A DNA stretch of 64,000 bases, taken from Leptospira interrogans serovar Manilae (GTDB taxonomy: Bacteria; Spirochaetota; Leptospiria; Leptospirales; Leptospiraceae). A model generated the notes under the pieces. That model did no database searches. It was given only the letters and a program-made list of their open reading frames with translations, and had not been told where the DNA came from. Location: positions 2,466 to 66,465 of the forward strand of contig CAMCZP010000011.1 of assembly GCA_945887855.1 (NCBI GenBank), written 5' to 3'. Position numbers and translations under genes: made by a program. Shown here piece after piece: positions 38,313 to 46,986 of this stretch; the stretch's first letter is position 1, and the number at the start of each line of letters is the position of its first letter.

Positions 38313-39189
38313 GTTTCGATAGAAGGCTACCCTGGTGTAGGTAAAATACACCCTCGTTATTCTCCTGCAAAATCGTCTCATTTAAGATCGTATAAACACT
38401 CTTACCAGAATATATTGGTTCTAAATAAATGTCTTCCCTTCTCATTTGCTTTATAAACTCGAAAATAAATGATTTCTTTTTACCGAATCTTCCTAAATCC
38501 AGTGGATCTATTAAATTATAAGAGGAAATTCTTCCAAATTCTTTAGCTTCCATTTCCTCTAAATAACCAATCATTTTTTGTTTGGGTAGCCCTATGCAAA
38601 CTCCTATTACACTGATATTTAACCCAAAAGTGTAATTCAAAAGGGATAGATACGTGAGACCAGACCCTACATCCACATATAATATATTTATTTTGTACTT
38701 TTTAAAAATATGGTACCATAGGTTATCTAAAGATTGGGAAGCTAAGTGTGACGCTCCCCATCTTGGTATCACTAAAATATCAGATTCTTCAAAATTAGTT
38801 TGGTTAGATGGAGTATGCAAGAAAGATGAGTGTGGTTTTAAAAATGATTCTTGTGGTATATTTTGTAGATTTATTTTTTTATACGCAAACCTTTCAGAGA
38901 GTATTCTATTCCCACTTTTATACCCGGAACGCGAAGAATGTATAGAAAATACAGGAATACCCTTACTATAAAAGTAAAGGGTAAATGCTGCCATAAAATT
39001 AGAGTTCGAGTCCCCTGAAATTTGGATTGCTTTTTTATTTGTTTTGAGCAGATGAAAATAAAAACCTTCTGCTTTGCGTAGTTTTGTACCAAAAGTGAAT
39101 GGTGTATTCCAATCATTCAATATAGTTAGTTTAACAGAATTTTTTTCTATGGAAACGGGGAATGGTTCCCCAATTTCCAAAGCAATCAA
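38296..39189 (-). CDS. PLP-dependent ACC-deaminase / D-cysteine desulfhydrase family-like protein
   Basis: 297 aa with a TTG start overlapping the lepA stop (TTGA). FGTKLRK resembles the GGNKxRK PLP-lysine block. Confidence 0.45.
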   Translation of the reverse strand: MIALEIGEPFPVSIEKNSVKLTILNDWNTPFTFGTKLRKAEGFYFHLLKTNKKAIQISGDSNSNFMAAFTLYFYSKGIPVFSIHSSRSGYKSGNRILSERFAYKKINLQNIPQESFLKPHSSFLHTPSNQTNFEESDILVIPRWGASHLASQSLDNLWYHIFKKYKINILYVDVGSGLTYLSLLNYTFGLNISVIGVCIGLPKQKMIGYLEEMEAKEFGRISSYNLIDPLDLGRFGKKKSFIFEFIKQMRREDIYLEPIYSGKSVYTILNETILQENNEGVFYLHQGSLLSKLTHEG

Positions 39190-40991
39190 TCGCTTGTTTT
39201 TAAAACAGCAAGGAATGCCTCTTGGGGTATCTCAACTGATCCAAACTGTTTCATTCTTTTTTTACCTTCTTTCTGTTTCTCTAATAGTTTTTTCTTACGT
39301 GTAATGTCTCCCCCATAGCATTTTGCAGTTACATTCTTCCTGACAGCTGATATGCTCTCCCTACCCAAAATCTTTGAGCCCACAGCTGCTTGTATTGCAA
39401 TTACAAACTGTTGTTTGGGAATAAGTTCTTTTAATTTTTCAATGATTGCCCTACCCCGTTGCTCTGCTCTAGTTCTGTGTACGATAGTAGACAGTGCATC
39501 CACAGGTTCGTGATTTACCAAAATATCCAGTTTAACCAATTGCGATTGTTTATAGCCAATCGGTTCATAGTCTAGAGATGCATATCCTTTGCTATAGGAT
39601 TTTAGCTTATCATAAAATTCAAAAATCAATTCAGCGAGTGGTATTTCATATATCATTTGAACCTTATCCTGGTCTAGATAAATGGAATCTATTTGCACTC
39701 CCCTTTTTTCAATGACCAATGACATTATATTCCCCACATACTCATTGGGCGTAATAATGGTAGCCTTTACAAATGGCTCCTCCATGATTTCAATTTCTTG
39801 TGGATCTGGAAACTTAGATGGATTGTCCACTTCAAAAATTTCACCATTTGTATTTGTAATACGATACTTAGCAGAAGGTGCGGTTGTGATTAAATCTAAA
39901 TTAAATTCCCTTTCTAATCTCTCCTGGACAATCTCCATATGAAGTAGACCGAGGTATCCCACACGAAAACCAAACCCCAGAGCCAATGAATTTTCCTTTT
40001 CATACACTAGGGCAGCATCATTGAGTTTAAGTTTTTCTATGGCCTCTGTCAACTCGTCAAATTGTTCTCCATTTATTGGAAATAGACCAGAAAACACCAT
40101 AGGTTTTGCTTCTTTGTAACCCTGCACAGCACTTAGTGTGGGTCTATCAACATGAGTAATTGTATCACCAGTTCGAGCATCTGCCAGTTTTTTGATACCC
40201 GCTATCAAATAACCTACCTGGCCTGCTGAAATTTCGTCCTGGGGCGTAAGCTTCAATCGATTGATACCTACTTCCGTAACTATGTGTTCAATATCACTCC
40301 CCATAAACAGGACTTTGTCACCCCTTCTCACAGTTCCTTCAAACACCCTCACTTTTACCACCACTCCCATATATGTATCAAAATATGAATCATAGATGAG
40401 TGCTTTCAAAGGAGAACGATTGTCCCCTATGGGTGCGGGAATCAAACGGGTGATAGATTCAAGCACCTCCATTACATTGTTACCTGTTTTAGCAGAGATT
40501 GGAATTGCTTCCGCAGAATCCAAGCCTAGGGTATCTTCAATAAGTGCCATACATCTTGGTATATCCGCACTGGGGAGATCAATTTTATTTATCACAGGGA
40601 TAATCTTTAAATTTGCCTCCATTGCGAGATACAAATTAGCAAGTGTTTGTGCTTCAACTCCCTGTGTGGCATCTACGATTAAGAGGACTCCCTCACATGC
40701 CATGAGTGACCTAGAAACTTCATATGTAAAATCCACATGACCCGGTGTATCTATCAGGTTTAATAAATAAGTATGTCCATCTTTTGAATGGAAGTCAAAA
40801 GATGCATTGTTTGCTTTTATTGTAATACCACGTTCTCTCTCAATATCCATTGTATCGAGAATTTGGTCTTTTTTAGTTCGATCATTTGTAACCATTCCTA
40901 ACTCCAACAGCCTATCTGCTAGAGTTGATTTACCATGGTCTATATGAGCTATTATGGAAAAATTTCTGATGAATTTCTCATCTTGGATCAT
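39186..40991 (-). CDS. lepA: Elongation factor 4
   Basis: 601 aa. [28 protein letters not shown] and NKID GTPase motifs, plus the LepA C-terminal domain. Confidence 0.95.
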   Translation of the reverse strand: MIQDEKFIRNFSIIAHIDHGKSTLADRLLELGMVTNDRTKKDQILDTMDIERERGITIKANNASFDFHSKDGHTYLLNLIDTPGHVDFTYEVSRSLMACEGVLLIVDATQGVEAQTLANLYLAMEANLKIIPVINKIDLPSADIPRCMALIEDTLGLDSAEAIPISAKTGNNVMEVLESITRLIPAPIGDNRSPLKALIYDSYFDTYMGVVVKVRVFEGTVRRGDKVLFMGSDIEHIVTEVGINRLKLTPQDEISAGQVGYLIAGIKKLADARTGDTITHVDRPTLSAVQGYKEAKPMVFSGLFPINGEQFDELTEAIEKLKLNDAALVYEKENSLALGFGFRVGYLGLLHMEIVQERLEREFNLDLITTAPSAKYRITNTNGEIFEVDNPSKFPDPQEIEIMEEPFVKATIITPNEYVGNIMSLVIEKRGVQIDSIYLDQDKVQMIYEIPLAELIFEFYDKLKSYSKGYASLDYEPIGYKQSQLVKLDILVNHEPVDALSTIVHRTRAEQRGRAIIEKLKELIPKQQFVIAIQAAVGSKILGRESISAVRKNVTAKCYGGDITRKKKLLEKQKEGKKRMKQFGSVEIPQEAFLAVLKTSD

Positions 40992-40994
40992 TTT

Positions 40995-41375
40995 TTATGT
41001 ATTCTCCGCTAACTTTATATCTTCCTGAGTCACTGTTGTTTTGGTGTATCGAATCACATCGACATCCCGTATGGACACAAGTCCTTGAGGTAAAGTTTCA
41101 TCTATTATTTTTATAATCTCATCTAGTTTTGATTCGGTCTCAATGACTGTTATTATTATGGTAGATTCCCGATTCCAAATTTCATTTAACAAATTATCGG
41201 GGTAAGCAATTTTCATATCCACCCCATATCCAAAGTTTGACTTGATGATCGTACAACCTGTAACACCTGCTGCAACAAATTTATCGATCAATAATTTGTA
41301 AACGGGTCGATTGTTCACAGTTTCCTGATGTTTAAAATAGATTTTTATTTCTTTTTTAAAGTCTCGAATTTTCAT
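40995..41375 (-). CDS. DUF190 (PII-like) domain protein
   Basis: 126 aa. IKIYF...RPVYKLLIDKFVAAGVTGCTIIKSNFGYG matches the DUF190 pattern. Confidence 0.65.
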   Translation of the reverse strand: MKIRDFKKEIKIYFKHQETVNNRPVYKLLIDKFVAAGVTGCTIIKSNFGYGVDMKIAYPDNLLNEIWNRESTIIITVIETESKLDEIIKIIDETLPQGLVSIRDVDVIRYTKTTVTQEDIKLAENT

Positions 41376-41398
41376 AAAGAATCAACCGTTTGATAGAT

Positions 41399-41878
41399 TT
41401 AGGCTTCTATTTGTTGGGAAAGATAATTCTGAACACCCACGTCTTTGATTATGGTCAGCTGCGCTTCCAACCAATCAATGTGCTCTTCTTCGCTGATAAG
41501 AATTTTTTCCAATAGATCTCTTGTTCCATTGTCTTTGACTCTAGTGGCAATTTCAATACCCCTGTTGAGCCTTTCTACAGCCGAATATTCGACATCTAAA
41601 TCATTTTTTAACATCTCTTCGATATTACTTCCAACCTTGATTTTCATATACTTTTGGAGATCCGGAATACCATCCAAATATAAGATTCGTTCTATTACAA
41701 CATCCGCATGCTTCATTTCACCGATGGATTCCTGGCGCATATAGGTTGCTAGTTTTATATAACCCCAGTTTTGGTTCATCTTTGCATGGATAAAATATTG
41801 ATTGATTGCCGTTAGTTCTGCTGATAAAACATCGCCTAAAATCTCTATAACTTCTGCATTCCCTTTCATAAAATTCAC
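41399..41878 (-). CDS. bfr: Bacterioferritin
   Basis: 159 aa. MKGNAEVIEILGDVLSAELTAINQYF, the haem-ligand Met in GEMKHAD, and EEEHIDWLE. Confidence 0.9.
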   Translation of the reverse strand: MNFMKGNAEVIEILGDVLSAELTAINQYFIHAKMNQNWGYIKLATYMRQESIGEMKHADVVIERILYLDGIPDLQKYMKIKVGSNIEEMLKNDLDVEYSAVERLNRGIEIATRVKDNGTRDLLEKILISEEEHIDWLEAQLTIIKDVGVQNYLSQQIEA

Positions 41879-42104
41879 CCCTTTTTTTAAACTACTATTT
41901 CAGATTTAATCATTCCAATAAATGTTCAACTAAATTCTTTGCAGTTTCCAAAATAGAACCCAACTCTCTAAAAAGTCATTACAAGAAACTTAGAATCTAA
42001 AAAACCTAAAATGGATTTACTTAGGAACTACTCTATCCTTCTACATTGAAGATTTTATTATTTTATTTCCTTTAAAAATCTCTCGATATTCATTCCATAA
42101 TTGA

Positions 42105-43211
42105 ATGAAAAAAGTTTACATCCACAACCCCCACCTCTCTAAATTTGGAAAAACTTTAGATTCGGTCCAATCTCTCTCTGTAAAAACAGGCATAAAAACT
42201 CTGGAAGGATTTGATAAACAGACAGACTTGTTTGTCTTTGCTTCTTTCTCTCCTGAAGTATATACAAAAGAATTTCACCTAGCAGCAAAAATTGCATCAG
42301 AATTACATATAAAAGATGCAACCTGTCTTCGAGTGGAAACAGCATCTTCTAGTGGAGCGGCGGGTGTTACAATTGCATACAATCTACTCAGAAGTGGAGC
42401 CTTTAAAAATGCCCTAATCATAGGAACAGAGGTTATGAGCCGCTTAAATCGAGAAGAAAACAATATACTATTGGGCTCTGTTCTTTCCCCAAGCCAACAA
42501 GCATTTGCTATGTCTATGGCACAGGGAGCAGCCCTACTTTGTAATAGGTATCTTTCTGAATATGGTTATACAAAAGATGATCTCTATTTCATTGCAGAAA
42601 AGCTCCACTCCAATGGCTTTGAGAATGAATTTGCCCATATTAGAAAAAAAATTTCATTTTCCGACTACCAAAACGCGCCCCAATTTGCCACACCCTTGGG
42701 GCTGTACGACATCTCGCCTCTCTCAGATGGATCTGCATCCCTAATGCTTTCTACAGAAATTGAGTCAGAGTTTATAATCAAAGGGGTTGGATCGGGGACT
42801 TCCAATTTTTATTCCACTCCCTCAACTCCGAGTTTCACTGCTTCCAAGCAGGCATTCCAAAAAGCCTATTCTCAAGCAGGGATAAAACCATCACAAATTG
42901 AAATAGCAGAGCTCCATGATGCTTTTACTCTCTTTGAAGTGATTGGTGCTGAAGATGCCCAAATCTTTCCGATGGGAAAAGGGCTAAAATTTGTAAGAGA
43001 TGGGATAACTCACCTCGATGGCAAAGTAATCATCAATGGTTCGGGTGGTTTAAAGACTAGAGGACACCCCATTGGGGCATCTGGAGTTGCCCAAATTGTA
43101 GAAATCACCAAACTAATGAAATCCAAACAAAAAAAAATAGGACTCACCCATTCCATAGGTGGGCTTGCAACCAATAACTTTGTTTGTATTCTCGAATATA
43201 TCCCAAAATGA
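42105..43211 (+). CDS. Thiolase-fold (SCP2-thiolase-like) protein lacking the catalytic cysteines
   Basis: 368 aa. VETASSSGAAG stands where thiolases have CxSG, HDAF where SCP2 thiolases have HDCF. NGSGG and GHPIGASG are retained. Confidence 0.7.
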   Translation: MKKVYIHNPHLSKFGKTLDSVQSLSVKTGIKTLEGFDKQTDLFVFASFSPEVYTKEFHLAAKIASELHIKDATCLRVETASSSGAAGVTIAYNLLRSGAFKNALIIGTEVMSRLNREENNILLGSVLSPSQQAFAMSMAQGAALLCNRYLSEYGYTKDDLYFIAEKLHSNGFENEFAHIRKKISFSDYQNAPQFATPLGLYDISPLSDGSASLMLSTEIESEFIIKGVGSGTSNFYSTPSTPSFTASKQAFQKAYSQAGIKPSQIEIAELHDAFTLFEVIGAEDAQIFPMGKGLKFVRDGITHLDGKVIINGSGGLKTRGHPIGASGVAQIVEITKLMKSKQKKIGLTHSIGGLATNNFVCILEYIPK

Positions 43212-44221
43212 ACATGAAAGCTAAAGAAAAAATATTAGTCATACAAACTGCATTCCTCGGAGATTTGATATTAAGTACCACACTATTTAAAAAAATCAAA
43301 CTAAAACATCCAGATTCTCACATAACGCTCATTGTCAATAAAGGAACCGAGCAAATTTTATCAAACAACCCCAATATTGATACCATTCTACCCGTTGATA
43401 AGAAACAAACATTCAAAAATCCTTTAAAGTTTATTAAGTTTCTTTTTGAATTACAAAAAGAAAATTTTTCAATCTGCTATAGCCCCCACTTTTCCCATAG
43501 ATCCTCATTGATTTCCTTTTTTTCAGGTGCCAAGATTAGAATTGGATACAAAGAATCAGGTTTTGGATTTTTACACACCAAAACGTATCCAAGACCCCTC
43601 AGAGGAGTTCATGAAGTACAAAAATTACTCCAATTAGTCGATTCTGTAGGACTGGAAAGACCTGAAATATTCCTCAACAAAGAAGTTAATGGGGAAATTA
43701 AATCTAAAATGGAAGATGTATCAGAGTTCATTGTGGTGGCGCCATCTTCTATTTGGGAAACAAAGAGAATGCCAATTGAAAAATTTATAGAACTCGTGAG
43801 ACAAATCCTTGAGAATACTCCATATACGCCTGTTATCATTGGCTCAAAAAATGATAAATACCTGTCAGATCAAATTGTAAATGTTCATGGTTCCAAAGTT
43901 GTTGATATGACGGGAAGAACAAATCTTATGGAGTTGTCCTACATAATCTCCAAAGCAAAGTGTGTTATTTCTAATGACTCTTCTCCAATCCACATTGCTT
44001 CCGCATTCAACATACCTACCCTGGCAATTTTTGGTGCCACAATTACAGATTTTGGATATACCCCGTTATCCGAAAGACATACCATCTCTGAAGTATCCCT
44101 AGAATGCAGACCCTGCGGAATACATGGAGGAAATATTTGTCCTAAACAGCACTTTCGTTGTATGATGGATCAGAATATTGAGGAAATTTTTTTAAAATTA
44201 AAAGATTTATTACACTCCTAG
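43208..44221 (+). CDS. Glycosyltransferase family 9 (heptosyltransferase-like)
   Basis: The start at MNMKAKEKILVIQTAFLGD (43208) makes an ATGA overlap with the thiolase-like stop. The C-terminus has NDSSPIHIASA, typical of GT9. Confidence 0.8.
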   Translation: MNMKAKEKILVIQTAFLGDLILSTTLFKKIKLKHPDSHITLIVNKGTEQILSNNPNIDTILPVDKKQTFKNPLKFIKFLFELQKENFSICYSPHFSHRSSLISFFSGAKIRIGYKESGFGFLHTKTYPRPLRGVHEVQKLLQLVDSVGLERPEIFLNKEVNGEIKSKMEDVSEFIVVAPSSIWETKRMPIEKFIELVRQILENTPYTPVIIGSKNDKYLSDQIVNVHGSKVVDMTGRTNLMELSYIISKAKCVISNDSSPIHIASAFNIPTLAIFGATITDFGYTPLSERHTISEVSLECRPCGIHGGNICPKQHFRCMMDQNIEEIFLKLKDLLHS

Positions 44222-44313
44222 GTCAGTAAATTCTCTAAGATTCCGTTTTTTGCCCTGATAACAAAGAAGTACGTCCAACTCTAATTTTAATTATAGCTTT
44301 AAAAAGGCTTGAA

Positions 44314-44338
44314 ATACAAAATCATTAAAATTTTGTAT
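44314..44338. promoter_or_regulatory. 9-bp perfect inverted repeat (candidate operator)
   Basis: ATACAAAAT (44314-44322) and ATTTTGTAT (44330-44338) with a 7-nt spacer. It overlaps a TATAAT hexamer at 44336-44341. Confidence 0.3.
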
Positions 44339-44387
44339 AATTTGCATAAATATTGTTTTACAAAAATTTCATAATACATGAACTGGT

Positions 44388-44442
44388 ATTAAATATTTTT
44401 TTAATACAAAAAAGATGATTGTAAAAAAATATTTAATTGACA
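44388..44442. promoter_or_regulatory. 16-bp AT-only inverted repeat abutting a TTGACA hexamer upstream of the RHH ORF
   Basis: Arms 44388-44403 and 44422-44437 are perfectly complementary. TTGACA lies at 44437-44442, 45 nt upstream of the ATG at 44487. Confidence 0.3.
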
Positions 44443-44486
44443 AACAATAATTTTTCCGAGATTAAGATTACACAGAGGTAAAAAAA

Positions 44487-44651
44487 ATGATCAGCCTTAG
44501 ATTACAAGATGAGATTATTGGCAAACTCAATGAGATTGCTAAAAAAGAAAAAAGAACTCGAACAGATATAGTTAAAGAAGCTTTAGCCCTCTATTTCGAG
44601 AAAAAAAAGATAAAAATCCCCGTAGCCAAATCAAAAACTAAGAAAAAATAA
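44487..44651 (+). CDS. Ribbon-helix-helix (CopG/Arc/MetJ-like) small DNA-binding protein
   Basis: 54 codons, not in the ORF track. AGAGGT lies 7 nt upstream of the ATG. MISLRLQDEIIGKLNEIAKKEKRTRTDIVKEALALYFEKK fits the strand-helix-helix pattern, followed by a Lys-rich tail. Confidence 0.6.
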   Translation: MISLRLQDEIIGKLNEIAKKEKRTRTDIVKEALALYFEKKKIKIPVAKSKTKKK

Positions 44652-44918
44652 TCTACTTAGCTCTAGATTGAATGATTGAACTTAACATACATATAAAACC
44701 TCAGGTAACCCTAAAATACTCAAAAGTTCCGTTAATTTTTTCCTAAAAGATTTGATTTTTAAAGTAAAACAAATCAATATATGGCGTGTCTGCAATAAGC
44801 TTGTCTTCTAACCAAAGAATTCAGGTTCTTAAAGTAACGTCATATATTGCATAGGTTTTCTTAGAACAAAAGACCTCTTCCCTACAATTGCCGTCATTTA
44901 GAGTTTAGAAATAAAAAA

Positions 44919-45458
44919 TTACCATTTCCATGAAAGATTCTTAAAAATTGCAACATTCGTTTTTTCTGCTATACGATTCATAAATTTTAAGAGAGTAAAG
45001 TAATCAACTTTTAGCTTGGGAATAACAATGGAACTTCCATTTTTTAAACCCAAAAAAAAGTAATCCTGTATTTCAATGATTTGGATCACTTCATTAAAAC
45101 GTAATTTAGTCTCACCAGATAAATCTTCCATAATAATACTTTCATCGGTGATAGACAACTTCCCTGTCTTACCAAAACGGTTTCCATAGAATTCATCAAT
45201 GTTTTTAGTGTAATTTCGAACAATGTTTCTGCGGGAGTAAATAGGGTACAAAAGTATCCAAATGAAGGAAGTTATTAAAAATGCAATAGGAAAGACTATA
45301 CCCCAAACAAAGTAAAACCCACCACCTACCACTATAAAAAATAGCGGAGTAAGCAACCAACTCTTCAAATGGGAACTTTTAAATTCTTTTGATTGGGATG
45401 ATGCATAAAGTTGGAAGGCTAGATAATCTTCCTTGTTTAGAGAAAACTCTATATACAT
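44919..45458 (-). CDS. YcxB-like membrane protein
   Basis: 179 aa. N-terminal segment, two TM helices (LLTPLFFIVVGGGFYFVWGIVFPIAFLITSFIWILLYPI) and a small C-terminal domain. Confidence 0.45.
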   Translation of the reverse strand: MYIEFSLNKEDYLAFQLYASSQSKEFKSSHLKSWLLTPLFFIVVGGGFYFVWGIVFPIAFLITSFIWILLYPIYSRRNIVRNYTKNIDEFYGNRFGKTGKLSITDESIIMEDLSGETKLRFNEVIQIIEIQDYFFLGLKNGSSIVIPKLKVDYFTLLKFMNRIAEKTNVAIFKNLSWKW

Positions 45459-45576
45459 AATTTTTTCCCATTCTCCGTAATCTTTGGAATACTAAATCTT
45501 ATAAATATATGGGTGTTTTTATATAAATTTGCTAAGGGCTTTCTTGTAAATTTGTTTTTTTTATAGTTCATTGAAT

Positions 45577-46794
45577 CTAGTGATAGAAAAGGTAGCCTCT
45601 TCTTTCTTTTTTCCAGGTTTCTTCTGTATCCCTAAGATATGTTTTTATGTGCTTAAAAGAATTCTTTCCTGAGAGATACTCTAATAAAAACGTATCCCCT
45701 ACAAGAAGTTCGATAGCAGGTTTGTCTGAGCGAAACTCATACGCCCCTTTTAAATATCCAAATTGGTCTGGATAATAATCTCTAATTGTTTTGATAAAAT
45801 GAAGACTGAAGAGAAGACTATGGAATTTTTTCCTATCCAAAACCATAATCTGAAATCCACCACAACGAACTCCCGCATGCTTATGAAATGTGGGCTGAAA
45901 GAACAATGGGCGCAAATGATACGATGGATCCTTGGTGCTCTTTAATATTGCTAACAGTAATTCATCCTGTATATCAATGAAGGGTGCTCCAAAGATTTCG
46001 AATGGTTTTGTAGTACCCCTTCCCTCTGAAAGGTTGGTTCCTTCCAACAAACACTGACCTGTATACACCATACATGTATTTGCAGTGGGTATGTTGGGGG
46101 ATGGAGGAACCCAAAGCAACGAGGAATCTTTTTTTGGATATAGGTCACCAATGGGAACATAGTCAAATGCTACTTGGAGTGAAGATGATTGTATGTAATA
46201 ACTGAGTAACTCTGCAGGGGTCATCCCATGCCTATGAATCATTCCCCGAACACCGACAAAAGATTCAAATTGTGATTCTAAGGGACTTCCCTCAATCCTT
46301 CTGCCAATGGGATTTGGAGAATCAAAAACCACAACTCTCAGGGGATGGGATGTGAGAGATTGGTTATATTTATGTATTTCTACTAAAAGATAATATGCAG
46401 ATGTAAGAAATGTATAGTATCTTGCACCAACATCTCGAATATCAATAATTATGACATCCAATTCTTCTAAGGCTTCTCTTTTCACCACCAATGATGATTC
46501 TGAGTCCCCATAGATATTATGAATTTTTAAATTATTATATGAATAGGACAACTGTGTTCCGGAGACTTGGTCCTGTAGTTCAGCAAACAATCCATGCTCC
46601 GGCATAAAAAGAGTTTTTATGGAAAGTTGTTTAGAAAAATACTCAAAATGGTATCCCCTAGATACAGAATACCCGCTTTGGTTGGTAAGGATTCCGATTC
46701 TCGCTGATTTGTATTTTTTTATAAAATTTTCAAGCTTCATGATGAAATCAGAGTGCAAATACGGAATTGCGCAAATAAAGAAAGACTCTTCCAT
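45577..46794 (-). CDS. DUF1343 family protein (exo-beta-N-acetylmuramidase NamZ-like)
   Basis: 405-aa ORF; the likely start is MKLENF at 46740. IGILTNQSG, MPEHGLF and DIRDVGARYYT match DUF1343 blocks. Confidence 0.75.
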   Translation of the reverse strand: MEESFFICAIPYLHSDFIMKLENFIKKYKSARIGILTNQSGYSVSRGYHFEYFSKQLSIKTLFMPEHGLFAELQDQVSGTQLSYSYNNLKIHNIYGDSESSLVVKREALEELDVIIIDIRDVGARYYTFLTSAYYLLVEIHKYNQSLTSHPLRVVVFDSPNPIGRRIEGSPLESQFESFVGVRGMIHRHGMTPAELLSYYIQSSSLQVAFDYVPIGDLYPKKDSSLLWVPPSPNIPTANTCMVYTGQCLLEGTNLSEGRGTTKPFEIFGAPFIDIQDELLLAILKSTKDPSYHLRPLFFQPTFHKHAGVRCGGFQIMVLDRKKFHSLLFSLHFIKTIRDYYPDQFGYLKGAYEFRSDKPAIELLVGDTFLLEYLSGKNSFKHIKTYLRDTEETWKKERRGYLFYH

Positions 46795-46986
46795 TACAAA
46801 AAAAGGGATGTTTTCTTTTAATCAACTGTATTTTTATGGGAATTCTTATAAAGATTGTGCATTAAAAGTATTTGATAAATTTTCTTTTTAATTAATTAAA
46901 AATGAATTTTCTAATTTCTTTCATATAGACATAGAGTAAAAAGGTTTTTAAACTAAATATATTAAAGTAAATAACTAAGGTATTCC

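Noticed and set aside
41879-42104. Fluoride riboswitch (because of DUF190) or Fur/PerR box upstream of bfr
   Set aside because: The region is uniformly AT-rich with no GC-rich pseudoknot-like segments. Only a short AATCATT fragment resembles a Fur half-site, which is not significant in this base composition.
44760-44918. tRNA-like or small-RNA gene in the relatively GC-richer tail of the large gap (contains GGTTCTTAA)
   Set aside because: The T-loop-like string has a pyrimidine where tRNAs require a purine (position 57). I could not find acceptor or anticodon stems. I cannot support an RNA gene from sequence alone.
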